This document shows, in pieces, positions 48,873 to 59,146 of a DNA stretch of 64,000 nucleotides (position 1 is its first letter; every line of letters starts with the position of its first letter). The stretch lies in NCBI GenBank assembly GCA_965204745.1, contig OZ242010.1:1312001-1376000 (forward strand), written 5' to 3'. The position numbers and the translations under genes are program-made. This stretch comes from Candidatus Latescibacterota bacterium. GTDB lineage: Bacteria; Latescibacterota; UBA2968. The notes beneath the pieces are model-generated. The model was not told the origin of the DNA, ran no database searches, and saw nothing but the letters and a program-made list of their open reading frames with translations.

Positions 48873-49400
48873 ATGCAAGTGACGATGCCCACAATTCTCA
48901 ATCAAGCCGTACTGGTGCTCAATCAGAGTTACGAACCGTTGCATGTGTGTTCTGTGCGCCGGGCCATTGTGCTGATTTTTCGGGGCCGCGCCGAGGTGGT
49001 CGAAGAGCTCGATTTGCGGATTCGCACGGTGAGCGAGTCCTTTCCGGTGCCGAGCGTGGTGCGCTTGGCGGTCTATGTGCGCGTGCCGCCCAAGCCGCTC
49101 GCGTTGACCAAGCGCAACATCCTCAAGCGCGATGGGTTTCAGTGTCAATACTGCGGTGTTCGGCGCGGGCCATTTACCATCGACCACGTCATCCCGCGCT
49201 CGCACAATGGTCGCGATACTTGGGACAATCTGGTGTGTGCATGTCATCGATGCAACAATCGCAAGGGCGACCGCACGCCCGCAGAGACCGGCTTGGCTCT
49301 GTTGCGAAAGCCGAAGTCGCCCAACCGCGTGACCTTTATTCGCCACCACATCGGCATACCGGATCGCCGCTGGCGGCCGTATCTTTTTATGGATGATTGA
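48873..49400 (+). CDS. HNH endonuclease (McrA-like, conserved standalone type)
   Basis: [43 protein letters not shown]. Confidence 0.92.
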   Translation: MQVTMPTILNQAVLVLNQSYEPLHVCSVRRAIVLIFRGRAEVVEELDLRIRTVSESFPVPSVVRLAVYVRVPPKPLALTKRNILKRDGFQCQYCGVRRGPFTIDHVIPRSHNGRDTWDNLVCACHRCNNRKGDRTPAETGLALLRKPKSPNRVTFIRHHIGIPDRRWRPYLFMDD

Positions 49401-49435
49401 CCCTCTACGAGGGCATAACCGAAACCGGATCGCTC

Positions 49436-50497
49436 ATGAAAAAACGCATTTTAACAGGTGATCGGCCCACGGGGCGACTGCATTTGGGGCACTATGTGGG
49501 GTCCTTGAAAAACCGCGTGGCCCTGCAAGACGAGTACGAGTGCTACTTTTTAGTGGCTGATTTGCACACCTTGACCACGCAGCCGCAACGGGAATACATC
49601 CACGCCTTGCGGGAGAATATCCACGACATGGTCTTGGATTATTTGGCCGTGGGCATCGACCCGGAAAAATCGACCATTTACTTGCAGTCCGCGATTCCCG
49701 CGGTCTATGAGCTGAATTTGTTTTTTGAGATGCTGGTGACATTGCCCCGGGTGGCGCGGTTGCCGAGTGTGAAAGAGATGGCGCGCGCGGCGAATATGAC
49801 GGACGAGGCGATTCCGTTTGGCCTGATTGGGTATCCGGTGCTTCAAAGCGCGGATATTTTGATGCCCCGCGCCCATCTCGTGCCGGTGGGCAAAGACAAT
49901 GAGGCGCATGTGGAAGTCACGCGAGAAATTGCGCGGCGGTTCAACCACTACTACGGCGACGTGTTTCCCATTCCCGATCCCCTCATCGGCGACGTGCCTT
50001 CGTTGGTGGGCACGGACGGTCAGGCAAAGATGAGCAAGAGCCTGGGCAATGCGATCTTTTTGTCTGACGCTGAAAAGAGCGTCCACAAAAAAGTGCGCGG
50101 GATGTACACGGATCCCAACCGCATTCGCGCCGATATTCCGGGCAGGGTGGAAGGCAACCCCGTGTTCGCGTATCACGATGCGTTTAATCCGGATGTGGAT
50201 GAGGTCGCCGATCTCAAAGCCCGGTACCGCAAGGGCCGCGTGGGCGACGTGGAGGTCAAAGACAAATTGGCCCGCGCGCTCAATCGGTTTCTCGATCCCA
50301 TCCGGGAACGCCGAGCGCATTTTGCCGCGCAGTCGGGATATGTCGAACAGGTGATTTACGAAGGCACGCTCAAAACGCAAGCACTGGCGAGCGAAACGCG
50401 CTCTGCCGTGAAAAAGGCGATGGGATTCACGGGAATATGGAATCGGATTTCCCGCAAAGCGCGAGATCGAATCAAAAAACGCGAGAGGGAAGTTTAG
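49436..50497 (+). CDS. trpS: Tryptophan--tRNA ligase
   Basis: [28 protein letters not shown]. Confidence 0.96.
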   Translation: MKKRILTGDRPTGRLHLGHYVGSLKNRVALQDEYECYFLVADLHTLTTQPQREYIHALRENIHDMVLDYLAVGIDPEKSTIYLQSAIPAVYELNLFFEMLVTLPRVARLPSVKEMARAANMTDEAIPFGLIGYPVLQSADILMPRAHLVPVGKDNEAHVEVTREIARRFNHYYGDVFPIPDPLIGDVPSLVGTDGQAKMSKSLGNAIFLSDAEKSVHKKVRGMYTDPNRIRADIPGRVEGNPVFAYHDAFNPDVDEVADLKARYRKGRVGDVEVKDKLARALNRFLDPIRERRAHFAAQSGYVEQVIYEGTLKTQALASETRSAVKKAMGFTGIWNRISRKARDRIKKREREV

Positions 50498-50618
50498 CCA
50501 CGAGCGGGGTATGTAGGGCCGACGCCCCGTGCTCGCCCAAAGAGACGAGAAGGCATGACACTGCGCCAAAGTCGAAACCACGCGGCTTTTGTCGCGTACT
50601 CTGAGAAAGGAGAATCAC

Positions 50619-51188
50619 ATGATTTTAATCATTGCTTTTACGCTGATCGTATCGGCCTTGTTGCCTGTTCGCGTTGAGGCGTCCGATAGCTTGATAGTGG
50701 TGCATTTGGAGTATATTCGTAAAGATATATCCGAACTCAAAACCGATATGTCCAAACTCAAAACCGATGTGTCCGAACTCAAAACCGATGTAGCCGAACT
50801 CAAAACCGATGTAGCCGAACTCAAAACCGATGTGTCCAAACTCAAAACCGATGTAGCCGAACTCAAAACCGATGTGTCCAAACTCAAAACCGATGTAGCC
50901 GAACTCAAAACCGATGTGTCCAAACTCAAAACCGATGTAGCCGAACTCAAAGACGATATGAACAAGCGTTTTGACGGTGTAGATAAGCGTATAACTGCAA
51001 ATACGGATCGGCTTTTTTACAGTAACTTGATGGTCATGGTTACAGCAATAGGGGTCGTAATCACAGCAATAGGGGTCATCGTTTCAATATGGCTTTCGGT
51101 TAGGCCAACAAAGACGCCTAACGCTCCTGGAGTTGTGCCACAAATCAACAATCCTTTGGAGACGCAAAACGCGCCGGCCGCGCCTTAG
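50619..51188 (+). CDS. Membrane-anchored coiled-coil protein with 11 heptad repeats
   Basis: Signal-like N-terminus, (S/A)(E/K)LKTDV repeats, C-terminal TM helix. Confidence 0.8.
   Translation: MILIIAFTLIVSALLPVRVEASDSLIVVHLEYIRKDISELKTDMSKLKTDVSELKTDVAELKTDVAELKTDVSKLKTDVAELKTDVSKLKTDVAELKTDVSKLKTDVAELKDDMNKRFDGVDKRITANTDRLFYSNLMVMVTAIGVVITAIGVIVSIWLSVRPTKTPNAPGVVPQINNPLETQNAPAAP
50730..50960 (+). repeat. 21-bp coding VNTR
   Basis: Unit CC(G/A)AACTCAAAACCGATGT(AG/GT), about 11 copies. Confidence 0.9.
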
Positions 51189-51230
51189 AATTGTCAACAA
51201 AAGGCCCACAATTCAAATGACGAGAAACTT

Positions 51231-52016
51231 ATGCTGATCACATCCCAAGCGCAGATCGATCTGGATGCCGCGCCTTATGGCGTGAAGCTCGCGTTGTTTG
51301 AAGGCCCGCTGGATCTCTTGCTCTTTCTCATTCGGAAAAATGAGATCGACATTTACGACATTCCCATTGCTGAAATTACGCGGCAATTCTTGGAATACGT
51401 GGAGATCATGCAACGCCTCAACTTGGAGGTGGCCGGCGATTTTGTGGTGATGGCCGCCACGTTGATGCGGATCAAATCCCGCATGTTGTTGCCTACTGAT
51501 CCAGATGCCGATGAGGATGAAGGCGATCCGCGCGAGGAACTGGTGCGCCGCTTGTTGGAATACCAGCAATTTCGGGAGGTGGCCGCGTGGATGGAAGACC
51601 AGCAAGCGGAATACCGCGATGTGTTTTATCGGGGTGCGTCAATGGATTTGGCGGATGTTCGGCAACAGCAGGCGGCCGAGGCCATGGGCTTTCGGCCCGT
51701 GAGCCTGTTCGAGTTGATCCGCGCCTTTAAGCAGGCGATAGACGCCGCGCCGAAAACCGAGTTTCACGAGGTCACGCGGGTCGATGTGACGACCGAGGAG
51801 CGCGCCGAATACGTGCTCGACGTTTTGACGCGACAAGGCCGCGTGCCATTTGGGGACCTGATTGTGAACGTGCATCGCGTGGTTGCTATCGTGACGTTTA
51901 TCGCCCTGCTCGACTTGATGAAAGACGGCCAGATCTCGGTGCAACAGGCCGGCGTGGATGGCGAGATTTGGGTGTACCCCCGCGATGCTTTCGAGGAGGT
52001 GGGCGCCGATGGCTGA
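51231..52016 (+). CDS. scpA: Segregation/condensation protein A
   Basis: FEGPLDLLLFLI, DIPIAEIT, MAATLMRIKSRMLLP, DPREELV. Confidence 0.95.
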   Translation: MLITSQAQIDLDAAPYGVKLALFEGPLDLLLFLIRKNEIDIYDIPIAEITRQFLEYVEIMQRLNLEVAGDFVVMAATLMRIKSRMLLPTDPDADEDEGDPREELVRRLLEYQQFREVAAWMEDQQAEYRDVFYRGASMDLADVRQQQAAEAMGFRPVSLFELIRAFKQAIDAAPKTEFHEVTRVDVTTEERAEYVLDVLTRQGRVPFGDLIVNVHRVVAIVTFIALLDLMKDGQISVQQAGVDGEIWVYPRDAFEEVGADG

Positions 52017-52755
52017 CATGGACGACGCGCGCATCGCGCGTTTGGCAACAGACGAAGCAGCGCGCAACAAGGGCGTGGTTGAGGCGTTGTTGATCGCCGC
52101 CGATGATCCCTTGGGCGCGGCGCGTCTGTCTTCGGTTTTGGGATCGCAGACCGGAGCCAGGGAGATTCGCGCTTATGTCGATGATCTCAATGACGAGTAC
52201 GCACAGACGGGCCGCAGTTTTCGGATTGTGGAAGTCGCCGGCGGATTTCAACTGGCTGTCCACAGCGAATTTGCGCCGTGGTTGCGGCAACTGATGCGCG
52301 AAAAAGTCGCGCCGCGCCTGTCCCAAGCATCTTTGGAAACCCTCGCGATTTTGGCGTTTAAGCAACCCGTGACCAAAGCCGAAGTCGAGCATATTCGCGG
52401 CGTGTCTGTGGATGGGGTTTTGCGGCAGTTGATGGAAAAGGGGCTGATCCGCATTTCCGGGCGGTCAGACGCGCCGGGGCGGCCCTTGTTATACGGCACG
52501 ACGCGGGACTTTTTGAAGCATTTCGGGCTGAAGACCCTGTCTGATTTGCCCAGGATCCGCGAGTTGGAAGAATTGCTCCGCGAAGAAGAACAACGGGTGG
52601 CCGACGGCAAAGACAGCCCCATAACCGAGGTGCTCAATGCCGGCGGCGAGAACGTGCGAGACGACCATGACAGAGCGTCTGAACCGGTTTCTGGCCCGAG
52701 CAGGGGTGGCGTCGCGCAGGGCGAGCGAGCGGCTCATCCAAACGGGCAACGTTAA
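52009..52755 (+). CDS. scpB: Segregation/condensation protein B
   Basis: LSQASLETLAI, QPVT, IRGV, PGRPLLYGTT..FL..FGL. Confidence 0.95.
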   Translation: MADMDDARIARLATDEAARNKGVVEALLIAADDPLGAARLSSVLGSQTGAREIRAYVDDLNDEYAQTGRSFRIVEVAGGFQLAVHSEFAPWLRQLMREKVAPRLSQASLETLAILAFKQPVTKAEVEHIRGVSVDGVLRQLMEKGLIRISGRSDAPGRPLLYGTTRDFLKHFGLKTLSDLPRIRELEELLREEEQRVADGKDSPITEVLNAGGENVRDDHDRASEPVSGPSRGGVAQGERAAHPNGQR

Positions 52756-53392
52756 ACTCAATGGCGCGGTTGTGACGCATCCGGGCGTGCGGGTCAATCC
52801 GGATGGGGACAGCGTGTGTGTCCACGGTCAGCCGGTGCGAGCGGTTGATCGACAAACTTATGTTTTGTTGCACAAACCCCCTGGATATCTGGTGTCGGCA
52901 CGCGATCCGCATCATGGCCGAACAATTTACGAATTGTTGCGCGGCATTGATGCGCGGATTTTTCCGGCCGGCCGGCTCGATCTGGATACCCGCGGGGTTT
53001 TGTTGTTGACGGATGATGGGGATTTGGCTTTTCGCCTGACCCATCCGCGCTATGGCGTGGCGAAAATTTATCGCGCTTGGGTGCGCGGGCATCCCAAGGC
53101 TACGGCTTTGACCGCACTGCGAACAGGCATCGCGCTCGACGAGGGCGCGTCCGCTCCAGCACGGGTTCGGGTCGTGCGCGTCAAGGATGGCAATGCGGAG
53201 TTGGAATTGGTGTTGCACGAGGGCCGAAAACGACAGGTGAAACAGATGTGCATGGCCGTGGGCCATCGCGTGCAATCCCTAACGCGCACGCACTTTGCCG
53301 GCCTGACGACCCGCCACCTGCGCCAAGGCCAATGGCGACACCTGACGCATGCAGAAGTCAAAAGGCTACGGGAACAGGTCGGGTTGGCGTAG
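52667..53392 (+). CDS. rluB: RsuA/RluB-family rRNA pseudouridine synthase
   Basis: RLNRFLARAGVASRR S4 domain, GRLD, EGRKRQVK. Confidence 0.88.
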   Translation: MTERLNRFLARAGVASRRASERLIQTGNVKLNGAVVTHPGVRVNPDGDSVCVHGQPVRAVDRQTYVLLHKPPGYLVSARDPHHGRTIYELLRGIDARIFPAGRLDLDTRGVLLLTDDGDLAFRLTHPRYGVAKIYRAWVRGHPKATALTALRTGIALDEGASAPARVRVVRVKDGNAELELVLHEGRKRQVKQMCMAVGHRVQSLTRTHFAGLTTRHLRQGQWRHLTHAEVKRLREQVGLA

Positions 53393-53405
53393 CAAGAAGA
53401 AAAGC

Positions 53406-53510
53406 GTAAGAGGTAAGAGGCAAGAGGCAAGAGGCAAGAGGCAAGACGCAAGACGCAAGACGCAAGAGGCAAGACGTAAGACGTAAGACGCAAGACGTAA
53501 GACGCAAGAC
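53406..53510. repeat. Heptamer tandem repeat G(C/T)AAGA(G/C) x15
   Basis: Direct reading. Confidence 0.9.
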
Positions 53511-53635
53511 GTAAAAGGGCCAAATCCACTGCGCGTTTCGATGAACGGCTGGCGCAGTTGTACCATCGTTCCGCTAATGAACTGACTCGAGAGACCGCCA
53601 ATTGTACACCGCTCCGCTGATTCGCATGTTGCCCC

Positions 53636-54115
53636 ATGATTATCACCCGCAATATTCTGCTCGTTTTTTTGGCCCTGCTTTTCCAAGCGTCTTGGGCGCA
53701 TGGCCTCGCCATTTACGGGATCGTGCCAGATCTCGTGATCATAACCCTGGTGTTTATCGCCATCAGCCGAGGGCAAATTGAAGGCACTGTGCTGGGGTTC
53801 GTATCGGGGTTGCTCATCGACTTATACGACCCCGGCGCGCGGTTGGGCATCAATGCCTTGGGCAACAGCTTGATCGGTTTTTGCGTGGGGTATAGCCGCC
53901 TTGGCATCGTCGCAGAATCCCTGCGCGTGCAGGCTGTGATTCTGTTTTTTGCCACGCTTTTGCACGATGTCATTTTTTTTCTGTTTTCTTCAGACCCGAT
54001 CAAAATTTTGAGCATCGGGTTGGGCACTAGCTTTTACACAGCCGCGCTGGGCACGGCATTGTCGTTTGCCTTTGCCCGCATCATTGGAATGGGACGCCAT
54101 GCAACGCGACTATGA
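53636..54115 (+). CDS. mreD: Rod shape-determining protein MreD
   Basis: PDLVII, GFVSGLLIDL; directly upstream of mrdA. Confidence 0.85.
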   Translation: MIITRNILLVFLALLFQASWAHGLAIYGIVPDLVIITLVFIAISRGQIEGTVLGFVSGLLIDLYDPGARLGINALGNSLIGFCVGYSRLGIVAESLRVQAVILFFATLLHDVIFFLFSSDPIKILSIGLGTSFYTAALGTALSFAFARIIGMGRHATRL

Positions 54116-55955
54116 CAACAGCCTGCGAGAACGCCACGCGCACATCCTGATGGGTGTGATCGCGTTGCTCTTTGGCATTTTGGGCGTGCGTCTCTACATG
54201 TTGCAAATTGCCGGCGGGGATCAGTATCGCATCCAGTCAAAAAAAAACACCATGCAACCGGTCGTCATTCAGGCCAATCGCGGCCTGATCCGCGACCGCA
54301 ATGGCGCGATCTTGGTCGATAACAGTCCGTCTTATGCCATTTCTGTGATTCCCCCGCGCCTGTTGGCTAATATTGAAGAAGGCGCGTGCGATGGCCTTCT
54401 TGAACGCCTGGGACAAATTGTGGACCTGCCATGTGAGAGCATCGCGGAAAAACTGCAATCGCGCCATCTGCATTTTTACGATCCGGTCAAACTCAAACGC
54501 GATGTGGATTTTAAGGCCATTTCCATTGTCGAAGAAAACCGCTACGATTTGCCGGGTGTGGAAATCCAAACGGAAGTCCGAAGGGGCTATCCCATTTTTG
54601 ACCCTCTGGCTTTGATACCCGCCGAGTCGCCGCACCCCTTCCCCTTAGCCCCGCATATCTTGGGCTATGTGGGGTTGATCAGCCCAGCGCAATATGCCCA
54701 GTTGAAACCCTTGGGCTATCGCTATGACGATCAGATTGGAAAGCGCGGGATCGAGCGCCTCTTTGAAGACCGCATGCGGGGATCTAAGGGCATCAAATAT
54801 ATCGAAGTCAATGCCAAGGGGCGTGAAGTGGGCAGTTTTCCAGAACAAACATCTCCGCCCATCCCTGGCGAAGACATATCCCTGACGCTCGACTGGCGCG
54901 TGCAGTGGGTTGCCGAGCACGCATTTGCCGACAGCATGCGCGGTAGCTTGGTGGCGATGAACCCACAGACCGGCGCAATTCTCGCGATAGTCAGCAAACC
55001 GAGTTTTCACCCGCGTTCCATCCGCGACCCCAAGGCCTGGCACCTCTTGCAAACAGACCCGGCCATTCCCTTGCTCAACCGCAGCCTTCAGGGCGAATAT
55101 CCACCCGCGTCGGTTTTCAAAATGGTCGCATCTATCGCCGCGTTGGACATGGGCCTTTTCGAGGCGGGCGATTATCGCTTCCGCCCGTGCAGGGGGGGCA
55201 TGGTTTTTGGCAATCGCCGGTTTGGTTGCCACAACAAAAAGGGCTGTGGAAAAATCAACTTGCGCGAGGCCCTCGCCAAGTCGTGCGATGTGGTTTTTTA
55301 TCAACTCGGCATGGAAATGGGCATTGAAAACTGGCATCGGTACGCCCACATGTTTGGCTTTGGGGAAGTGACAAAGATCGACATTGCATCCGGCGGCGAT
55401 GGCGAAGCCCGCGGCCTGTTGCCCAACCGCACCTATTACGAACAGCGGCACGGCGCCTGGACGAGGGGGTACATGCTCAACTTGGTCATTGGACAAGGGG
55501 AACTTTTGGCGACGCCCATTCAGGTGGCGCGCTACGTCAGCGCGTTGGCAACGGGTCGGCTACCCACGCCTTATGTGATCAAAGGCACGCAGAGCCAAAC
55601 CGCGCCCCTTCCCATCTCGGCATCGGCCATCCAAACCGTGCAAAGCATGATGTGGGATGTGGTCAACAGCCCAAGTGGCACGGGCCGCAACGCTCAGGTA
55701 CCCGATATTGCCGTTGCGGGAAAAACCGGTACCGCGCAAAATCCACACGGGGAAGACCACGCATGGTTTGTCGCATTCGCGCCCGTGCAAAACCCGCGCA
55801 TTGCCCTAGCGGTCATCGTTGAAAACAGCGGTTCGGGTGGCGCGATAGCCGCGCCCATTGCCCAAAAAACGCTCGCCGCCTATTTTGAATACGCCGATCC
55901 AAGATCCGCTGGGGAATGGGTTGTCGATGATCAAAAAGCGCGAGGGGATGAATAG
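54099..55955 (+). CDS. mrdA: Penicillin-binding protein 2
   Basis: RGLIRDRNG, YPPASVFK (SxxK), SCD, KTGTAQ, DHAWF. Confidence 0.95.
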   Translation: MQRDYDNSLRERHAHILMGVIALLFGILGVRLYMLQIAGGDQYRIQSKKNTMQPVVIQANRGLIRDRNGAILVDNSPSYAISVIPPRLLANIEEGACDGLLERLGQIVDLPCESIAEKLQSRHLHFYDPVKLKRDVDFKAISIVEENRYDLPGVEIQTEVRRGYPIFDPLALIPAESPHPFPLAPHILGYVGLISPAQYAQLKPLGYRYDDQIGKRGIERLFEDRMRGSKGIKYIEVNAKGREVGSFPEQTSPPIPGEDISLTLDWRVQWVAEHAFADSMRGSLVAMNPQTGAILAIVSKPSFHPRSIRDPKAWHLLQTDPAIPLLNRSLQGEYPPASVFKMVASIAALDMGLFEAGDYRFRPCRGGMVFGNRRFGCHNKKGCGKINLREALAKSCDVVFYQLGMEMGIENWHRYAHMFGFGEVTKIDIASGGDGEARGLLPNRTYYEQRHGAWTRGYMLNLVIGQGELLATPIQVARYVSALATGRLPTPYVIKGTQSQTAPLPISASAIQTVQSMMWDVVNSPSGTGRNAQVPDIAVAGKTGTAQNPHGEDHAWFVAFAPVQNPRIALAVIVENSGSGGAIAAPIAQKTLAAYFEYADPRSAGEWVVDDQKARGDE

Positions 55956-56121
55956 ACGGAACGGTGTACAACTGCGTAGGAGTTCATCGACGAATCGGGT
56001 AGGTCTGCGGTTTATCCGCGAATCCCGTCCCAACTCAAAGCGCGAAATACATCGTAGAGGCGCGGCCCCGTGCCCGCCCGAATCAGCGAATCGGATCCCA
56101 GCTCGAGGCAGTTGTCAGGAC

Positions 56122-56220
56122 ACCCCGTAAAGTTGCAACAAACTGCTTTGACCCCGAGGGCGAAAGCCTGCGGCAGAGCCACACCATATCCCCGTGCTGA
56201 AGCGACGGGGTTTCACGGGC
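56122..56220 (+). mobile_element. IS200/IS605-type terminal hairpin remnant
   Basis: CATATCCCCGTGCTGAAGCGACGGGGTTTCACGGG resembles IS605-group end hairpins (CCCCG..CTGAAG..CGGGGTTT); no transposase. Confidence 0.4.
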
Positions 56221-56227
56221 TATTTAG

Positions 56228-57451
56228 ATGAACCTTTCTCGATTTGTCAGACGCGACCTCGATATTGGCCTCATCGCGGCGATATGTTTGGGCCTTGGCG
56301 CGGGCGTTACCGTTCTTTACAGTGCCAGTTACGATTGGGATTCGGGCCTGCCCAGCGACATTTATGAAAAGCAGATGACTTGGGTGTTGGTCGGGTGGAT
56401 GGCCCTCGCTATCGCCATGGGCATTCCCATCAAATTCTTTTACGCCTTTGCCTATATTTTTTACGGGCTTGCGGTTGCACTTTTGATTTTGGTGTTCGAA
56501 TGGGGCAACCAACGCTGGTTCAACTTCGGCCCCATTTACCTTCAACCCTCTGAACTGGCTAAGATCGCGACTGTCTTGGCACTCGCGCGCTATTTGTCCT
56601 ATAGCAACCGCGACCTGACCCGGGTGCTGGCCTTTGTCCCGCCGTTGTTGCTCGTGCTCGTTCCCATCCTCTTGGTTTTTAAGCAGCCCGATTTGGGCAC
56701 GGCCCTGGTATTTGGCGCGCTGGTCTTGCCCATGTTCTTCTGGGCCGGTGCAAAACCCCTGCACTTGTTCTTTCTCATCTCCCCCGTTCTCACCTTGATC
56801 TGCGCCTTCCATCCCTGGACCCTCGCGCCGATGATGCTCTTGCTCATCGCCAGCCAGTTCATCGCACGCCCCCGCTTGTTCGCCAGCATGGCCTTGATGC
56901 TGGTCAACCTCATCGTCGCCATTGGCGCGCCGTACATGTGGGAACACAAACTCCACGACTACCAAAAACGCCGCGTCCTCACCTTCCTCGATCCGGATAC
57001 GGACAAACTCGGCGCGGGGTACCAGGTCATCCAATCCAAAATCGCCATTGGCTCCGGCGGCCTCACCGGCAAGGGGTTTTTGGACGGCACGCAGACCAAA
57101 CTCGCGTTTTTGCCCGAACAACACACCGACTTCATCTTCGCCGTGATCTGCGAAGAGTTCGGGTTTGTCGGCGCGCTGTTCGTCTTGGCCCTGTTTATGT
57201 TCATCCTTTGGCGCGCCCTGTCTATCTCGGTGCAAGCCAAAAGCCGCTTCTCGAGCTTGGTCGCCGTGGGCTTGGCGAGCATCCTCCTCTTTCACATTTT
57301 CGTCAACATCGGCATGACTATCGGCATCATGCCTGTCACTGGCCTGCCCCTGCCCTTCCTGAGCTACGGCGGCTCAACCCTCACCATGAACATGGTCCTC
57401 TGCGGCCTCCTCCTCAACATCTACGCAAGTAGGTATAAAGAGGATTATTAG
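56228..57451 (+). CDS. rodA: Rod shape-determining protein RodA
   Basis: QPSELAK, QPDLGT, GYQVIQS, FLPEQHTDFIF, GLPLPFLSYGG. Confidence 0.95.
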   Translation: MNLSRFVRRDLDIGLIAAICLGLGAGVTVLYSASYDWDSGLPSDIYEKQMTWVLVGWMALAIAMGIPIKFFYAFAYIFYGLAVALLILVFEWGNQRWFNFGPIYLQPSELAKIATVLALARYLSYSNRDLTRVLAFVPPLLLVLVPILLVFKQPDLGTALVFGALVLPMFFWAGAKPLHLFFLISPVLTLICAFHPWTLAPMMLLLIASQFIARPRLFASMALMLVNLIVAIGAPYMWEHKLHDYQKRRVLTFLDPDTDKLGAGYQVIQSKIAIGSGGLTGKGFLDGTQTKLAFLPEQHTDFIFAVICEEFGFVGALFVLALFMFILWRALSISVQAKSRFSSLVAVGLASILLFHIFVNIGMTIGIMPVTGLPLPFLSYGGSTLTMNMVLCGLLLNIYASRYKEDY

Positions 57452-57554
57452 AGGCGGAGCAACCACGCTCTGACGAAAGCCCGCCCCTACCTGCTTATTG
57501 GGTGGCCGGGCCGGGACTGACAACTGACAATGCGAATAAAGCGTTGAATCCTTA

Positions 57555-57760
57555 TTGGGACCTACCCCCCTGGCCCCCCTTCCTGCGAGGAAGGGGGGAA
57601 TGGCGAGAGGTTGTGCGAGGGGTTTGGGTTTCCAGAGCGTGATCTATTCGCTCAAAGCCATCAGAACAGCCAGGGAGACAACCCTTCAAAAAGCCATGCG
57701 CTCCCCCTTTCCTTGTAGGAAAGGGGGCCGGGGGGATAGGTCCTACGAGGAAGGGGAAGA
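57555..57760. repeat. GC-rich hairpin module pair (CCCCC..CCCCCTTCCT..AGGAAGGGGG) without IS ends
   Basis: Same modules as inside MITEs at 386, 12434 and 20645. Confidence 0.7.
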
Positions 57761-57889
57761 ACCTCTCTCGTTGCGGAGAGGAGCCGGATGACTCGTCCAT
57801 GTCTTTGGGCGATTGGTCTCGGCTTGCTTCCTACTCGCTTTCTACTCTTAATTCGCATTGACCACTGACAACTACCCCAGGAGTTCTCC

Positions 57890-59146
57890 ATGGCTTCCGA
57901 CAAACCAAACATCATCCTCATTCTAGCCGATGACTTGGGCTACGAATGCCTCGGCTGTTACGGCGGCGAATCGTATCAAACGCCCGTGCTCGACGGGTTG
58001 GCCCAAGCGGGCATGCGATTTGACCATGCGTACGCCCTGCCCCTGTGTACGCCCACGCGCCTGCAACTGATGACCGGCAAATACAATTTTCGCAACTGGC
58101 GCGCCTTTGGCGTGATGGATCCCCACGAGCGAACCTTTGGGCATCTGATGAAAGCGGCCGGCTATCAAACGTGCATTTCGGGCAAATGGCAAATGTACAG
58201 CTACAAGTACAGCTACAATCCCCCAGATTTTGAACCCGAATGGCGCGGGAAAGGCCAGCGGCCCGAAGAGTCCGGGTTTGACGAATATTGCTTGTGGCAC
58301 ACTGAACACACCGAGGACAAGGGGTCGCGGTACGCGGATCCGGTGATTCAGCAAAATGGGGCGTATTTGACGGATACAGAAGGCGAGTACGGGCCTGATA
58401 TTTTTACGGCCTATATTTGCGATTTTATCGAACGGCATCAGAACGATCCGTTTTTTGTGTACTACCCCATGGCCCTGACCCACGGCCCATTTGAACCCAC
58501 GCCCCACAGCGCGATTTGGCCTGAAAATCGGCACGATAGCGGCGCGAAATATTTTGCGGATATGGTCGAGTACATGGACGTGGTGATCGGGCGCATTGTC
58601 GATAAATTGGACGCCCTCGGTTTGCGCGAAAACACCTTGCTCCTGTTTTTGGGCGATAATGGATCCCCGCGTCAGATCACGTCCATCCTCAACGGCCGCG
58701 CGTTCCAAGGGGGCAAGGGCCTTTCGACAGACGCGGGCACCCGCGTGCCCCTCATCGCCAGTTGCCCGGGCGCGATTCCCCCCGGCTCGGCGTGTGGCGA
58801 TTTGATCGATTGCAGCGACTTTTTGCCCACGATGATGGCACTGGCCGGCGCGCCTTTGCCCGAAGACGACGCGTTCGATGGCGTATCGTTCTCGCCGCAA
58901 CTAAAGGGTGAATCGGGCACCCCGCGCGAGTGGATTTTCGCGCACCACGATCCCCTTCCCGGCTGGGGCAAAGAGGGCTATTACCTGAAACGCTGGGCAC
59001 AAGATACGCGCTGGAAACTCTACGACACGGGCGACCTGTACGACGTGGTAGAAGACGAACTGGAAGAACATCCCATCACAGATCACAATGCCGAAGCCAC
59101 CGCCGCACGCCAAAAATTACAAGCCGTGCTGGATCGGATGCAGTAG
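57890..59146 (+). CDS. Sulfatase
   Basis: KPNIILILADD, CTPTRLQLMTG, GKWQ, GDNG, GTRVP. Confidence 0.93.
   Translation: MASDKPNIILILADDLGYECLGCYGGESYQTPVLDGLAQAGMRFDHAYALPLCTPTRLQLMTGKYNFRNWRAFGVMDPHERTFGHLMKAAGYQTCISGKWQMYSYKYSYNPPDFEPEWRGKGQRPEESGFDEYCLWHTEHTEDKGSRYADPVIQQNGAYLTDTEGEYGPDIFTAYICDFIERHQNDPFFVYYPMALTHGPFEPTPHSAIWPENRHDSGAKYFADMVEYMDVVIGRIVDKLDALGLRENTLLLFLGDNGSPRQITSILNGRAFQGGKGLSTDAGTRVPLIASCPGAIPPGSACGDLIDCSDFLPTMMALAGAPLPEDDAFDGVSFSPQLKGESGTPREWIFAHHDPLPGWGKEGYYLKRWAQDTRWKLYDTGDLYDVVEDELEEHPITDHNAEATAARQKLQAVLDRMQ

Noticed and set aside
48873-49400. HNH nuclease as an IscB/Cas9-like or homing element
   Set aside because: No RuvC motifs or element ends; matches the common standalone McrA-like family
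50730-50960. 21-bp repeats as CRISPR or iterons
   Set aside because: Contiguous, in-frame coding heptads with no spacers
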